Under the pieces are notes generated by a model, which was not told the DNA's origin, did not search any database, and saw nothing but the letters and a program-made list of their open reading frames with translations. From NCBI RefSeq assembly GCF_004353825.1, contig NZ_SMNA01000002.1:62001-126000 (forward strand): a stretch of 64,000 bases of DNA, written 5' to 3'. The translations under genes and the position numbers were made by a program. Position 1 is the first letter of the stretch. Every line of letters begins with the position of its first letter. Of this stretch, positions 1 to 10,512 are shown piece after piece. The stretch is from Occultella glacieicola (lineage in GTDB: Bacteria; Actinomycetota; Actinomycetes; Actinomycetales; Beutenbergiaceae).

Positions 1-1302
1 GAGGGCACCACGGGTGGTGAGGTCGAGGGTCTCGCCGGGTCGCGGCGTCGCCTCCAGGGTCCCTATCGTCCGTTCCCCGGAGACCAGTGGAAGGGCCACG
101 GGCGTGCCGGTCGGGGAGCCCCAACCAGCCAGCACCGGTCCCGGCGGCTGCCGGAGCGTCGCATCCGCCGGCGGCGCGGCCCACTCGGTGCCGCGCACGG
201 TCACCGATTCCAGCCGCAGGGCGGTCCCGACGCTCTCGACGAGCGAGGTGAGCAGGCCCTCGTCCGTGCCGGTTCGTCCGATCCGGGTGCCCATCGACCC
301 GGCCACCCGCCAATGGTCGTGCGCGACCCCGTACACCAGCCGCCGGATGCGCGCGGCGAACCACAGACGTGTCGGTCCGACCGCGATGACCACCGCGGCG
401 GCCGCGGCCGCCTGGGCGACGCCCTGTCCCGGGACCAGCACCCCGGCGAGCAACGCGGCGACGAGATAGATCCCCGCGAGCGCCGCCGTCAGCACCCCGG
501 CCAGGAGCGCTCGCGAGACCGCCAGCTCGATGCCCCAGAGCCGCTGCCGAAGGATCACGGTGAGGATCGCCGCTGGGAACAGCGCCTGGCTGGCCAGGTG
601 CAGCGCCGGGGTCAGCCAGTCCGGCACGGTCCCCACCGGCGCCAGCAGCGGCACGAACGACACGGCGAGCACCAAGGTGCCCAGGCCGAGCCAGCCCAGA
701 CCGACCGCCTCGGACTCGGGCGACCTCCGCCGTCGGACCTCCACCGCGGCCGCGGTGACCGCCCCGAAGCCGACGGCGGCAACGAGCACCCCCGCGAGCA
801 TCGCGTAGTTGCCCGCCAGGCTCGCCGCCAGGGCGGCGACGCTGATCAGTCCCCCGGTCGCGGGCCCCCACCAGGCGGACCCGAGCGGTCGCTCCCGGAC
901 CAGCCACGGCACCACGAGGAACAACGCGAGGGTGCCCGGGACCCAGGCCCAGCCGAACGTGTCCGCGAGCGGGCCGGGCGTCAGGCCCCGGCTCTCGGTG
1001 AACATGCGCCACCCGCCGCCGAGCGCGGACAGTCCGCCACCGAGCGCCGTGAGCGCCACCAGGTAGCCGACCGGGTGGCGGCGTCGGGACAGGACGAGGG
1101 CCGCGACCGCCCCGTAGACGAGGCCGACCATGACATCCACGATCAGGAACAGGTCGTCGACCGTGCCGACCGGTCGGGCGGCCAGGAACAGCAGCAGACC
1201 GAGGAACGCGAGGAGTCCGGGCAGTCCGGCCGCCCAGGCCGCCACGAACCCCGGGCGCGGCGGTCCGTGACCGCCGCGTCCGCCGTCGCCGGGCTCTGAC
1301 AT
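1..1302 (-). CDS. Multi-pass membrane protein, probable sensor histidine kinase (N-terminal part; runs off the window start)
   Basis: Not in the ORF track. ATG at 1302 reads MSEPGDGGRGGHGPPRPGFVAAWAAG..., many TM segments, and an LRQRLWGIELAVSRA segment typical of actinobacterial sensor kinases. No H-box seen in the window. Confidence 0.65.
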   Translation of the reverse strand, partial: MSEPGDGGRGGHGPPRPGFVAAWAAGLPGLLAFLGLLLFLAARPVGTVDDLFLIVDVMVGLVYGAVAALVLSRRRHPVGYLVALTALGGGLSALGGGWRMFTESRGLTPGPLADTFGWAWVPGTLALFLVVPWLVRERPLGSAWWGPATGGLISVAALAASLAGNYAMLAGVLVAAVGFGAVTAAAVEVRRRRSPESEAVGLGWLGLGTLVLAVSFVPLLAPVGTVPDWLTPALHLASQALFPAAILTVILRQRLWGIELAVSRALLAGVLTAALAGIYLVAALLAGVLVPGQGVAQAAAAAAVVIAVGPTRLWFAARIRRLVYGVAHDHWRVAGSMGTRIGRTGTDEGLLTSLVESVGTALRLESVTVRGTEWAAPPADATLRQPPGPVLAGWGSPTGTPVALPLVSGERTIGTLEATPRPGETLDLTTRGAL

Positions 1303-1321
1303 GAGCAAACTGTAGGGACGA

Positions 1322-2035
1322 TCAGCGCCCCGCCGAGGCGAATTCCGGCCGTGATTGCGCGCGCAGCGCCGCGAGCCCCACGACGAGCAGCCAGATCGGG
1401 CCGACGAAGCCCGCCATGTACTGCAGCGGGGAGACCCCGACCAGGACGATCAAGGCGCCGAGGACCACGCTGACCAGACCGACGACGCGACCGAATGCGC
1501 CGTGCCGGATTGCGGCCAGGCCGAGGGCGAGCCCGCTCACGCCGGCGGTGACCCAGAGCCAGGGGATCGTCGCTACCCAGTGCGAGTAGAACGACACGTC
1601 GGTGGCGACCAGCAGTTCCGGTTCGGTCAGCCCGAACACGAACTCGGTGTCCAGGCCCGATCCCAGCACGAGCACGGCCGAGAGCACGACCAGCCCGACA
1701 GCGGCCACGCCCGGCAGGAGCGACCCGGCCGGGGTGCGACGGGTCAGGTGTCGGTGCAGCCCGACAGCGAACGGGATCAGCGCCAGCCCGGCGACGATGG
1801 TCGCGACGTGGAAGCCGAGGAGCTGCGGCACCATCGTGGAAAGGTGCGCGGTGATCGACTCCGGGGTCGGTGGCGCCGCCGGGTCGTACGCTGGGCTGAC
1901 GGTCAGCGACAGGTAGATGCTCGCCATCCCCGCCAGGCCCGCTCCGACGCCGGCGAGGGCCCAGCCGCGGGACGTGCGCTCCGGCGCCGGACCGCTCGGC
2001 GGCACCCGATGGGACGCAACGGCATGAGTGGACAT
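1322..2035 (-). CDS. Hypothetical integral membrane protein
   Basis: 237 aa with about 6 hydrophobic segments; AAGGAG RBS upstream. Confidence 0.75.
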   Translation of the reverse strand: MSTHAVASHRVPPSGPAPERTSRGWALAGVGAGLAGMASIYLSLTVSPAYDPAAPPTPESITAHLSTMVPQLLGFHVATIVAGLALIPFAVGLHRHLTRRTPAGSLLPGVAAVGLVVLSAVLVLGSGLDTEFVFGLTEPELLVATDVSFYSHWVATIPWLWVTAGVSGLALGLAAIRHGAFGRVVGLVSVVLGALIVLVGVSPLQYMAGFVGPIWLLVVGLAALRAQSRPEFASAGR

Positions 2036-2188
2036 GATGGTTCTCCTTCACACACCCGCCGGGGCCGGTCACCGTGACCGGGGCGCGCGGGCTGAGGAAC
2101 GCCATGCTCGGTGACCCACCGTCCCGGCCGACAGGGCCGTGCGTCCCGGGATGCCGGGCAGTTCCGGCGGGACCGGGTCGAGGGACCC

Positions 2189-2524
2189 TCAGACGCAGGT
2201 GACGCAGGTCCGAGCGGCCGGCCGGGCCTCGAGCCGAGCGGCCGGGATCGGCCGACCGCATCGCTCGCAGACGCCGTACGTCCCGTCCGCGGCCCGGACC
2301 AGGGCCGCGTCCAGCTCCTCGCGTTCGCGCTCCGCGTCGGCGATCAGAGAACCGATCTGGGCCCGGTCGTAGGCGATCGTCGAGCCCTCCGGGTCGTGCT
2401 CGTCGTCGGCGTTCGACGACGCCGAGGAAGCCACGATCTCGGCGTGGGACGCGGTCAGGCCGCGCAGCCGCGCCTCGAGCGTGGCTCGCCGCTCGCGCAG
2501 CCGGGCCTGGGGGTCGACGGGCAT
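2189..2524 (-). CDS. TraR/DksA C4-type zinc-finger protein
   Basis: Coiled coil with DDEHDPEG tip, then YGVCERCG...ARTCVTC. Start placed at MPVDP. Confidence 0.9.
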   Translation of the reverse strand: MPVDPQARLRERRATLEARLRGLTASHAEIVASSASSNADDEHDPEGSTIAYDRAQIGSLIADAEREREELDAALVRAADGTYGVCERCGRPIPAARLEARPAARTCVTCV

Positions 2525-2579
2525 GTGGAGGCAACGCGGCGTGAGGCACGGGCATTCCACCTCGCCCGCGCCCGGTGGG

Positions 2580-3281
2580 TCAGTCGATCCGCAGGAACTC
2601 CCGCACCGCCTCGGTACCGGTGAGGGTGACGTCCGGCAGCCGTGCGGACGCGTTCGCCTCCCAGTCCGCCCGGTCCAGGCGATAGTGCAGCTTCTCGGCG
2701 GGCTTGCCCTCGCGGGCCTCCAGCCGCACCCCGTTCGTGGTGTAGCCGAGTTTGCGGGTGACCCCGTTGGAGGGTCCGTTGTCCGCCCAGGCGCTGGTGG
2801 TGGCGATCTCGGCGCCGAGGCCGGCGAACGCCAGGTGCAGCATCAGCGCCCGCATCCGGGTCCCGACACCGTGGCCCTGGTGGGCGCGGCCCAGCCAGGA
2901 GCCGGTCTCGACGGTGTGGGCCACCGTGAAGTCCCGTGCGTCGATCGCCTGGATCCCGGCCGGCACACCGTCCACGACGACGCCGAGCTCGATCGTCCAG
3001 CCCGCGGGTGACATCGCCGCACGCTTGCCCCATTCGTAGGCGAGCACGCTGCGGGCCACCTCCGCCGGGGTCCCGCGCGTCCACGGGTGGTCGAACGGCA
3101 TGAAGCCCTCGGCATGCACCCCGGCGGCGGCGACGGCGGCGACGGCGAACAGCAGGTCGTCGTCGAGGTAGCGCAGTTCGAGGTCGCCCGACCGAGCGGA
3201 GAGACCCGGGAAGGGCCAGAGGGCAGCAGGGCTCAGGCCCTCGTCGGGGTGGATCTCGGCATGCGTGCGGCGTTCGGGCAT
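2580..3281 (-). CDS. GNAT (RimJ/RimL-like) acyltransferase
   Basis: ETGSWLGRAHQGHGVGTRMR acyl-CoA motif; DNGPSNGVTRKLGY. Confidence 0.88.
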   Translation of the reverse strand: MPERRTHAEIHPDEGLSPAALWPFPGLSARSGDLELRYLDDDLLFAVAAVAAAGVHAEGFMPFDHPWTRGTPAEVARSVLAYEWGKRAAMSPAGWTIELGVVVDGVPAGIQAIDARDFTVAHTVETGSWLGRAHQGHGVGTRMRALMLHLAFAGLGAEIATTSAWADNGPSNGVTRKLGYTTNGVRLEAREGKPAEKLHYRLDRADWEANASARLPDVTLTGTEAVREFLRID

Positions 3282-3430
3282 GCGTCACCCTAGCCGTCGA
3301 CATCGGCGGCGATCACGCTCAATTCGGGCGCGTCACGTTGGACGACGGACGACCCTGATCGGTTGAATGGGACGGAGCCGGTCGAACGGGTTGTTCGACC
3401 ACGCGCCGAGGTGCGCTGGGAGACCCGAAG

Positions 3431-5281
3431 ATGACCGAGGACCGACGTAAGCGGTGGTGGCGGGACCGGATCCGGGCGCTGCCCTGGGTGACCGCTCGAG
3501 CGCCGTGGTGGGTGGCGGCGGTGCTCGGGGTGATCCTGGTCGCGGCCGGGCTGGTGCTGGTGAGCCACCCGCTGGGGGCGCTCGGCGTCCTCGGCTTCTA
3601 CGTCGGGGCGAGCTGCGTGGTCTCGGGCGTCGCCGACCTGCTGGGACGCGGCCCGGCGGCACTGCGCACTGGCGGGGTCGACAGCGCCGAACCGGCCGGT
3701 GCGACGTCGGCGCGGTCGCTGTCGGACCGGCTCCTCCCGTGGTTCTGGATCGCGGTCGGCGTCGTTGTGATCGTCTGGCTCGGACGCGACGTCGGCCTGT
3801 TCGGGCCGGCCATCGCGATCGCGATGATCGTGTCCGGCTGCGTATCGGTGCTGCGACCGATCGTCGGCCGGACCTGGCGGGGAGCACCCGAGGCGATGCT
3901 CGGGATCGCCGAGGTCACCTTCGGGGTACTGGCTCTGCTCTGGCCGGACGCCACCCTCATCGTGATCGCGGTGCTCTTCGGGGCTCGCACCGTTCTGTTC
4001 GGCCTGACGCTGCTGATCCGCGCCGGGCAACAGGTGTGGCGGCCCGGGCATCGTCCCGAACTCCGGGATCGCCGCACGGCGGTCCTGCGCTGGGTCGGCG
4101 CCGCGGCGGTGCTCGCGCTGGCCGTCGGTGCCGGATGGATCAGCCACACGTTGCGGGCCGGCATCCCCGTTGCGGACTCCTTCTTCGACACCCCGGGCGA
4201 GTTGCCGGACACCCCCGGGCACCTGATCCGGTGGGAGGAGTACTCCGGCAACCTGCCGGACGGGATGGTCGGCTTCCGGATCTTCTACACCACCACGAAC
4301 GCCTGGGGCGAGGTCGTGCCCAGCAGCGGGATGCTCGCGGTCCCCGCGGATGCCGACGGTCCGGTCCCGCTGATCACCTGGGCACACGGGACGGTCGGGG
4401 TGGCCCGGGCCTGTGCCCCCTCGATCGGACCCGACGCCCTGACCGTCGGTGGCCAGCCGGCCGCAGCGCAGCTCGCGGACCTGGGCTGGGCGATGGTCGC
4501 GTCCGACTACCCCGGCATGGGCGCCGCAGGCGACGACCCGTACCTGATCGGTGAGGGTGAGGGCCGGGCGGTGCTGGACGCCGCCCGGGCCGCACGTCAG
4601 CTGGAGACCACGTCACTGTCCGACCAGACCGTCATCTGGGGACACTCCCAGGGCGGGCACGGGGCACTCTGGGCCGGGCAGCTGGCCGATGACTACGCAC
4701 CGGACCTAAATGTCCTCGGCACCGCCGCACTCTCACCCGCGAGCAACCCGCGAGCCCTGGCGGACAGCGTCCTGGCCCACCCGGACGCGGCCGGGGCGAC
4801 GCTCGGGATCGCGTTCGTGGTGGACTCCTACACCCGGTACTATCCGGACCTCGCCCTCGATGACACGGTGGTTCCGGCCGGCCGCACGATCGTGCGCGAG
4901 GCGGCGTCCCGGTGCACCGGCGAGGGCGGCACCCTGGTCACGATCCTGGCCGGCCTCTCGGTCGCCCGGGACCAGCCGATCGTGGACCCGGACGCGCTCG
5001 CCGGAACCTTCGGCGACCGGCTCACCGAGAACACGGCGACCGGCCCGTGGGCCGCGCCGGTGTTCATCGGACAGGGTGAGGCCGACGAGGTGATCGAGTT
5101 CGGGATCAACACCGACTATGTCGGTCTGCTCTGCGGTCAGGGCGTCGACGTCGAGTTCCACGGCTACCCCGACGGCACCCACATGAGCGTGCTCGCCACC
5201 GGGTCGCAACTGAACGCCGACGTCGTGCGGTGGACCCAGGAGCGGCTCGCCGGCAGTCCGTCGGAGCCGAACTGCCCGTGA
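3431..5281 (+). CDS. Membrane-anchored secretory lipase (HdeD/DUF308-like TM domain fused to LIP-type alpha/beta hydrolase)
   Basis: About 6-7 N-terminal TM helices; WAHGTVG, DYPGMG, WGHSQGG nucleophile elbow. Confidence 0.85.
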   Translation: MTEDRRKRWWRDRIRALPWVTARAPWWVAAVLGVILVAAGLVLVSHPLGALGVLGFYVGASCVVSGVADLLGRGPAALRTGGVDSAEPAGATSARSLSDRLLPWFWIAVGVVVIVWLGRDVGLFGPAIAIAMIVSGCVSVLRPIVGRTWRGAPEAMLGIAEVTFGVLALLWPDATLIVIAVLFGARTVLFGLTLLIRAGQQVWRPGHRPELRDRRTAVLRWVGAAAVLALAVGAGWISHTLRAGIPVADSFFDTPGELPDTPGHLIRWEEYSGNLPDGMVGFRIFYTTTNAWGEVVPSSGMLAVPADADGPVPLITWAHGTVGVARACAPSIGPDALTVGGQPAAAQLADLGWAMVASDYPGMGAAGDDPYLIGEGEGRAVLDAARAARQLETTSLSDQTVIWGHSQGGHGALWAGQLADDYAPDLNVLGTAALSPASNPRALADSVLAHPDAAGATLGIAFVVDSYTRYYPDLALDDTVVPAGRTIVREAASRCTGEGGTLVTILAGLSVARDQPIVDPDALAGTFGDRLTENTATGPWAAPVFIGQGEADEVIEFGINTDYVGLLCGQGVDVEFHGYPDGTHMSVLATGSQLNADVVRWTQERLAGSPSEPNCP

Positions 5282-5297
5282 GCCGGGCCCGCTCCCG

Positions 5298-6617
5298 TCA
5301 GCCGGCCTCGACCTCGGTGAACACCTCGTCGTAGATCGCGAGCGCCTGGGCCACCTCGTCATCGGTCACGATGCACGGCGGCACCACGTGGATCCTGTTC
5401 TCCGCGGCGAACACGAGCAGGCCGCGGTCCGCGCACGCGGCCTTGATCGCCCCGACCGTGGCCGGCGGCGCCGGGGTGCGCGCCTGCGGGTCCGTGACCA
5501 GGTCGAGGGCCCAGAACACGCCCATCCCCCGGACCTCGCCGATGATCGGATGCTTCTCGGCGAGCGCGCGCAGGCCCGGCCCGAGCACGTCGGTCCCGAT
5601 CCGGTTCGCGTTGGCCACGATGCCCTCGGACTCCATCGCCCGCAGGGCCGCGAGGATGGACGCCGCGGCGAGCGGGTGTCCCGAGTAGGTGAGCCCACCG
5701 GGGAACACCGTGTCGTCGAACGTCTTCGTGATCGGCTCGGAGATCATCACCCCGCCGACCGGCACGTAGCCGGAGTTGACGCCCTTCGCGAACGTGACCA
5801 GGTCCGGGACCACCGTGCCGCCGTCGACCCCGTCCAGGGCGAGCCAGTGCCCGGTGCGGCCGAACCCGGCCATCACCTCGTCCAGGACCAGCATGATGCC
5901 GTGCCGGGTCGCCAGTTCCCGGACCCCGGTCAGGTACCCCGGCGGGGGCACGATCACGCCGGCGGTGCCGGGCACGGTCTCGAGCAGGATCGCCGCGATC
6001 GAGTTCGGCCCCTCACTGAGGATGACCCGCTCGAGGTGGTGCAGGGCGCGCTCGGTCTCCTGCTCCGGGGAGTCGGACCAGAACTCGGACCGGTACGGGA
6101 ACGGCCCGAAGAAGTGCACATGCCCACGGGCGTACTCGTTCGGGATCCGCCGCCAGTCACCGGTGGCGACGACGGCGGCGCCCGTGTTCCCGTGGTAGCT
6201 GCGGTAGGTGGACAGCACCTTGTCCCGTCCGGTGTGCAGGCGCGCCATCCGGATCGCGTTCTCGACGGCGTCCGCCCCGCCGTTGGTGAGGAACACCTTC
6301 GTGAAACCCTCGGGTGCGTGCCGCAGGATCTCGGCGACGGCGCGGCCCCGGACCAGGTTCGCCGTCGGCGGGGCGATGGTGGCCAGCTCGGCCGCCTGCT
6401 CGGCGATCGCGGCGACCACCTTCGGGTGACTGTGCCCGATGTTGGTGTTGACCATCTGCGAGGAGAAGTCCAGGTACTCCCGCCCCGCGTGGTCCCAGAG
6501 CCGCGAGCCTTGGCCGCGGGCGATCGCGATCGGGTTCAGGTGCGCCTGCGCGGACCAGGAGTGGAAGACCTGTTTGTCCAGCGCCAGTGCCTCGGCGCCG
6601 AGGTCGGTGTCCGTCAT
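5298..6617 (-). CDS. Class III PLP aminotransferase (beta-alanine/omega-amino acid type)
   Basis: SYHGNT, DEVMAGFGRTG, TFAKGVNSG motifs. Confidence 0.9.
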   Translation of the reverse strand: MTDTDLGAEALALDKQVFHSWSAQAHLNPIAIARGQGSRLWDHAGREYLDFSSQMVNTNIGHSHPKVVAAIAEQAAELATIAPPTANLVRGRAVAEILRHAPEGFTKVFLTNGGADAVENAIRMARLHTGRDKVLSTYRSYHGNTGAAVVATGDWRRIPNEYARGHVHFFGPFPYRSEFWSDSPEQETERALHHLERVILSEGPNSIAAILLETVPGTAGVIVPPPGYLTGVRELATRHGIMLVLDEVMAGFGRTGHWLALDGVDGGTVVPDLVTFAKGVNSGYVPVGGVMISEPITKTFDDTVFPGGLTYSGHPLAAASILAALRAMESEGIVANANRIGTDVLGPGLRALAEKHPIIGEVRGMGVFWALDLVTDPQARTPAPPATVGAIKAACADRGLLVFAAENRIHVVPPCIVTDDEVAQALAIYDEVFTEVEAG

Positions 6618-6641
6618 CGATGATCAGCCTTCTGTTCTGGG

Positions 6642-6680
6642 TGGGCCGTACCCGGCGAGGCTATCGCCGGGCACGGCCCA
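6642..6680. terminator. Intercistronic hairpin (terminator or mRNA stabiliser) after the solute-binding protein gene
   Basis: TGGGCCGTACCCGGCGA-ggcta-TCGCCGGGCACGGCCCA inverted repeat. Confidence 0.55.
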
Positions 6681-6715
6681 GTGTGGACGGGGTGGGTGAG
6701 GTTGCGTGGCGGGGC

Positions 6716-7873
6716 CTAGTTGCCGCCCTCCACCAGTTCCACCTCGATCGGCTGGAAGTCGGCGCCCATCACGTCCAGGCCCTCGGCCTCGACGTCCTCG
6801 AGCGCCTGCTCGATGTACTGCATGTCCAGCGCCGTCTCCGGCGGCGGTGCAGTGATCAGCGTCGAACCGGTCTCGTTCTGGGTCTGCAGGGCCATGTCCA
6901 CGGTGTTGTCCCAGGTGCCCTGGTCGACGAGCCCGATGCCGTTCGTGGACGGCCAGATGAGCCGGTTCGTCTCGTTCGTCATCCACAGCTGGTGGCTCTC
7001 ACCGAGGGTGGACCCGGCGTTCGTGACGATCGTGGCCGACTCCTCGGGGTTGTCCCTGGCGTAGACCCAGCCGCGGATGACCGCGCGCAGGAACGCGGTC
7101 GTGGTCTCCGCGAAGCCCTCCTCGTTGGCCAGCCGCTCGGTGTCCGCCCAGATCGCATCCTGCAGCATCGCCGACCCGACCTCGTTGTAGTCGATGATGT
7201 TCAGGTCCTCCGGCTGGTACAGCTCACCGGTGTCCGGGTTGAGGGTCTCGAGCACCTGCGCGTACTCGTTGTAGGTCATCGCCTGGGCGGCCTCGATGTC
7301 TCCGGAGAGGAAGCCGAGCATGTCGAAGCCCTGGGTGACGAGCTCGATGTCGTCGACCGTCAGACCCTCCTGGGTCATCGCGGCGAAGATCTCCCACTCG
7401 TTGCCGAAGCCCCAGGACCCGACCCGGCGGCCCTCGAAGTCCGCGATCGTCTCGATCCCGGAGTCCGCCATGGACAGCTGCAGTGTCCCGGACCGTTCGA
7501 AGATCTGCGCGATGTTCGTGATGTTCGCGCCCTGCTCGATCGACCCGAGCACCTTCGGCACCCACGCGATCGCGTAGTCGACGTCCCCGTTGACCAGGGC
7601 GTCCTGCGGCACGATGTCGCCACCGCTCTCGACGATCTCCACCTCGAGACCCTCGTCGGCGAAGAAGCCCTGGTCCTGTGCGGCGAAATAGCCCGCGAAC
7701 TGGCCCTGCGTGAGCCATTGCAGCTGCAGCCGCACCTGGGTCAGTTCACCGTCGCCACCGGTCTCGCCCGATCCGGTGCCGTTGTCGCCACCGTCGTCGA
7801 CGGTGCAGGCGGCCAGCAGCAGCGCTGCCGCGACCGCCCCGGCGCCGATCGCCAGTCGTCTTGAATGCCTCAT
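6716..7873 (-). CDS. ABC transporter substrate-binding lipoprotein, NMT1/THI5-like
   Basis: Lipobox LAAC; LQLQWLTQGQFAGYFAA. Confidence 0.9.
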   Translation of the reverse strand: MRHSRRLAIGAGAVAAALLLAACTVDDGGDNGTGSGETGGDGELTQVRLQLQWLTQGQFAGYFAAQDQGFFADEGLEVEIVESGGDIVPQDALVNGDVDYAIAWVPKVLGSIEQGANITNIAQIFERSGTLQLSMADSGIETIADFEGRRVGSWGFGNEWEIFAAMTQEGLTVDDIELVTQGFDMLGFLSGDIEAAQAMTYNEYAQVLETLNPDTGELYQPEDLNIIDYNEVGSAMLQDAIWADTERLANEEGFAETTTAFLRAVIRGWVYARDNPEESATIVTNAGSTLGESHQLWMTNETNRLIWPSTNGIGLVDQGTWDNTVDMALQTQNETGSTLITAPPPETALDMQYIEQALEDVEAEGLDVMGADFQPIEVELVEGGN

Positions 7874-7930
7874 CGTGGTTCCTTCCGTTGGGTGGTGCGA
7901 GTGCTTCAGGGCCCGACGGCGGTGGTCGCC

Positions 7931-8689
7931 TCAGGCCGGGCGGCGCCGCAGCGCGAGGGTCTCGACGGCGAGCGCGGCCAGGTAGAAGATCAGGCCGAGC
8001 ACGATCGAGGCGAGGACGTAGGACCAGGCCCGCGCGTAGTCGCTGCCTGCCACGGACGCGGTGATGAACGTGCCGAGCCCACCCCGTGGGCCGCCGAAGT
8101 ACTCGGCCACGAGGGCGGCGATCACGGAGAGTGAGGACGCGATCCGCAGGCCGGTGAAGATGAACGGGCGAGCAGTCGGCAGGGTCACGGTGCGCATGGC
8201 CTGCCGGCGGGTGGCGGCGTAGGCCCGCATCAGGTCCCGGTGCACGGGCCGGGTCTGACGCAGGCCGCGCAGCGTGTTCAGGAAGACCGGCACGAACACA
8301 CTGATGCCGGCCACGACCTGCCGGGCGGACTGCAGGTCCGCGCCGAACATCGTGTAGAGCACCGGCGCGAGCGCCACGATCGGGATCACCGCCAGGGCCG
8401 CGACCAGCGGCACCGTCAGCTCGTCGAACACCCGGGCGTTCGCCGCCACCAGGGCCAGTGCGATCCCGAGGACGCTGCCGATGACGAGGCCGACCAGGGC
8501 GTTCCACCCGGTCACCAGGGCCGCGGACACCAGCACCGGGAGGTAGGCGAGCGTCTCGGCGAGGATGGCCGACGGACTCGGCAGCACCAGTTCCGGGATC
8601 GCCAGCACCGTGACCGTGGCCTGCCAGATCACGAGCGCCACGACACCGAGGACCACCGGTGGCAGCACCCGGCGGGCCACGAGGTTCAT
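7931..8689 (-). CDS. ABC transporter permease (NitT/TauT family)
   Basis: MNLVARRVLPP...; EAA-like loop DLMRAYAATRRQ. The start overlaps the ATPase stop codon. Confidence 0.88.
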   Translation of the reverse strand: MNLVARRVLPPVVLGVVALVIWQATVTVLAIPELVLPSPSAILAETLAYLPVLVSAALVTGWNALVGLVIGSVLGIALALVAANARVFDELTVPLVAALAVIPIVALAPVLYTMFGADLQSARQVVAGISVFVPVFLNTLRGLRQTRPVHRDLMRAYAATRRQAMRTVTLPTARPFIFTGLRIASSLSVIAALVAEYFGGPRGGLGTFITASVAGSDYARAWSYVLASIVLGLIFYLAALAVETLALRRRPA

Positions 8690-9528
8690 GTCGCCTCCCC
8701 GGAGCCGCCCGCACTGCCCGCGTGCAGGGCCTCCCGGATCGCTGTGACCGCCTCGAAGAACCGGGGGTCCTCCCGCAGGGCGTCGGTGCGCTGGCCGACC
8801 GGACCGAGCCCGGTGGTCACCGTGGTGGTGACCCGGCCGGGTCGCGGCGACATCACGACCACCCGGTCGGACAGGAACGCGGCCTCCGAGATCGAGTGCG
8901 TGACGAACACGACGGCGGCGCCGGTCTCGGCGCTGATCCGGGCCAACTCGGTCTGCATCCGTTCCCGGGTCATCTCGTCCAGGGCACCGAACGGTTCGTC
9001 CATGAGCAGCAGCCGGGGCCGCTCCGCCAGGGCCCGGGCGATCGCGACCCGCTGCTGCATGCCACCGGAGAGCTGGTCGGGGAACCGGGCAGCGAACTCG
9101 CTCAGTCCGACCAGGTCGAGCAGTTCGGCGGAGCGGGTCCGGCGTTCGGACCTGCCCACGCCGTGCAGTTCGAGCGGGAGTTCGACGTTCGCGGCCACGG
9201 TGCGCCAGCCGAGCAGCCCGGCCTGTTGGAACGCGATGCCATAGGCCTGGTCGAGGCGGGCCTGCGGGGCCGACGTCCCGAACACCCGAACCTCCCCCGA
9301 GGTGGGCCGCTCCAGGTCGGCGATGATCCGCAGCAGGGTGCTCTTGCCGCATCCGGAGGGCCCGATCAGGGACACGAACTCACCGGCGGCGACCGCCAGG
9401 TCGATGCCCTCGAGGGCCTGGGTCAGGCCGTCGGAGGTGGTGAAGGTCTTGTCCAGCCCGGCGACGGCGACGGCCGGCACACCTGCGTCGGCCCGCCCGG
9501 GAGGTGCCGTGGTCTCGGTGGTACTCAT
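8686..9528 (-). CDS. ABC transporter ATP-binding protein (NitT/TauT family)
   Basis: GPSGCGKST, LSGGMQQR, LLLMDEPFGALD. Confidence 0.93.
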   Translation of the reverse strand: MSTTETTAPPGRADAGVPAVAVAGLDKTFTTSDGLTQALEGIDLAVAAGEFVSLIGPSGCGKSTLLRIIADLERPTSGEVRVFGTSAPQARLDQAYGIAFQQAGLLGWRTVAANVELPLELHGVGRSERRTRSAELLDLVGLSEFAARFPDQLSGGMQQRVAIARALAERPRLLLMDEPFGALDEMTRERMQTELARISAETGAAVVFVTHSISEAAFLSDRVVVMSPRPGRVTTTVTTGLGPVGQRTDALREDPRFFEAVTAIREALHAGSAGGSGEAT

Positions 9529-10478
9529 GCGGGTTCCTCTCCACGTCGGTAGCGGCGCAGCGCCAGGCCGAGCAGCGCGACAGCGCCGGCGGCGAGCAGA
9601 CCGAGAACGATGGCGCCGAAGATCGGTGCCCAGGACTTCGGCGGGTCCCCGGCCGCCGACTGCGCGAACTCGAGGATCATCCGCCCGATCCCGCCACGCA
9701 GGCCGATGGACACCTCGGCCACGACGGTGCCGATGACGGCGTTCGCGGCAGCCAGGCGCAGGGCGGGCAGCAGATAGGGCACGCTCGCCGGCAGCCGGAG
9801 CCTGATCAGGGTCTGCCACCAGGAGGCCGCGTAGGAGCGGAGCAGGTCGGCGTGGATCGCGTCCGGGGACTTCAGGCCGCGCAGGGCACCGACCGCCACC
9901 GGAAAGAACGCCAGGTAGGACGCGATGACCGCGACCGACATCCAGTTCTCCCAGGAGATCGGTCCGACGGACAGCCGTGAGCCCCAGTTCCGCACGAGCG
10001 GGGCGAGCGCGATCAACGGGACGGTCTGGGACAGCACCACCCAGGGCAGCACCGCCGACTCCGCAGTACGCAGCCGCTGCATCAGCAGGGCCAGGGCCAG
10101 GCCCACGCTCACTCCGATGACCCAGCTCAGCGCGGCCACCCCGAGGCTGAAGGCTGCTGCCTTGGCGGTGGCCACCCAGAGCAGGTCCGCCCCTTCGGCC
10201 CGGGTCACCGGTTCGGTCAGCCGGACGGCCATGTCCCACAGGTGCGGCATCGCGATATCCGTGGTCCGTGGCAGGATCCGCACCCCGGCCACCACCACCC
10301 CGTCGTCCGGGCCGATGAACTTGTAGGCCTCCCATGCCACCCCCACGGCGAAGACCCCGAGCACCCCCATCAGCACCCGCCGCGTCCGGCCGGTCCGCTC
10401 GTGGGGCGGTGTGGTCAGGGCCGCCGCGGGGTCGGCGGTGCGCTCGGCGACCGCGGTCGCCGTCGTGTGCTCGCTCAT
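9525..10478 (-). CDS. ABC transporter permease (NitT/TauT family)
   Basis: TM helices; DLLRSYAASWWQTLIRLRLP. Confidence 0.9.
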   Translation of the reverse strand: MSEHTTATAVAERTADPAAALTTPPHERTGRTRRVLMGVLGVFAVGVAWEAYKFIGPDDGVVVAGVRILPRTTDIAMPHLWDMAVRLTEPVTRAEGADLLWVATAKAAAFSLGVAALSWVIGVSVGLALALLMQRLRTAESAVLPWVVLSQTVPLIALAPLVRNWGSRLSVGPISWENWMSVAVIASYLAFFPVAVGALRGLKSPDAIHADLLRSYAASWWQTLIRLRLPASVPYLLPALRLAAANAVIGTVVAEVSIGLRGGIGRMILEFAQSAAGDPPKSWAPIFGAIVLGLLAAGAVALLGLALRRYRRGEEPA

Positions 10479-10512
10479 CGGCGGGCCCGTCCGCCGATCG
10501 CGACCGGCGGCC

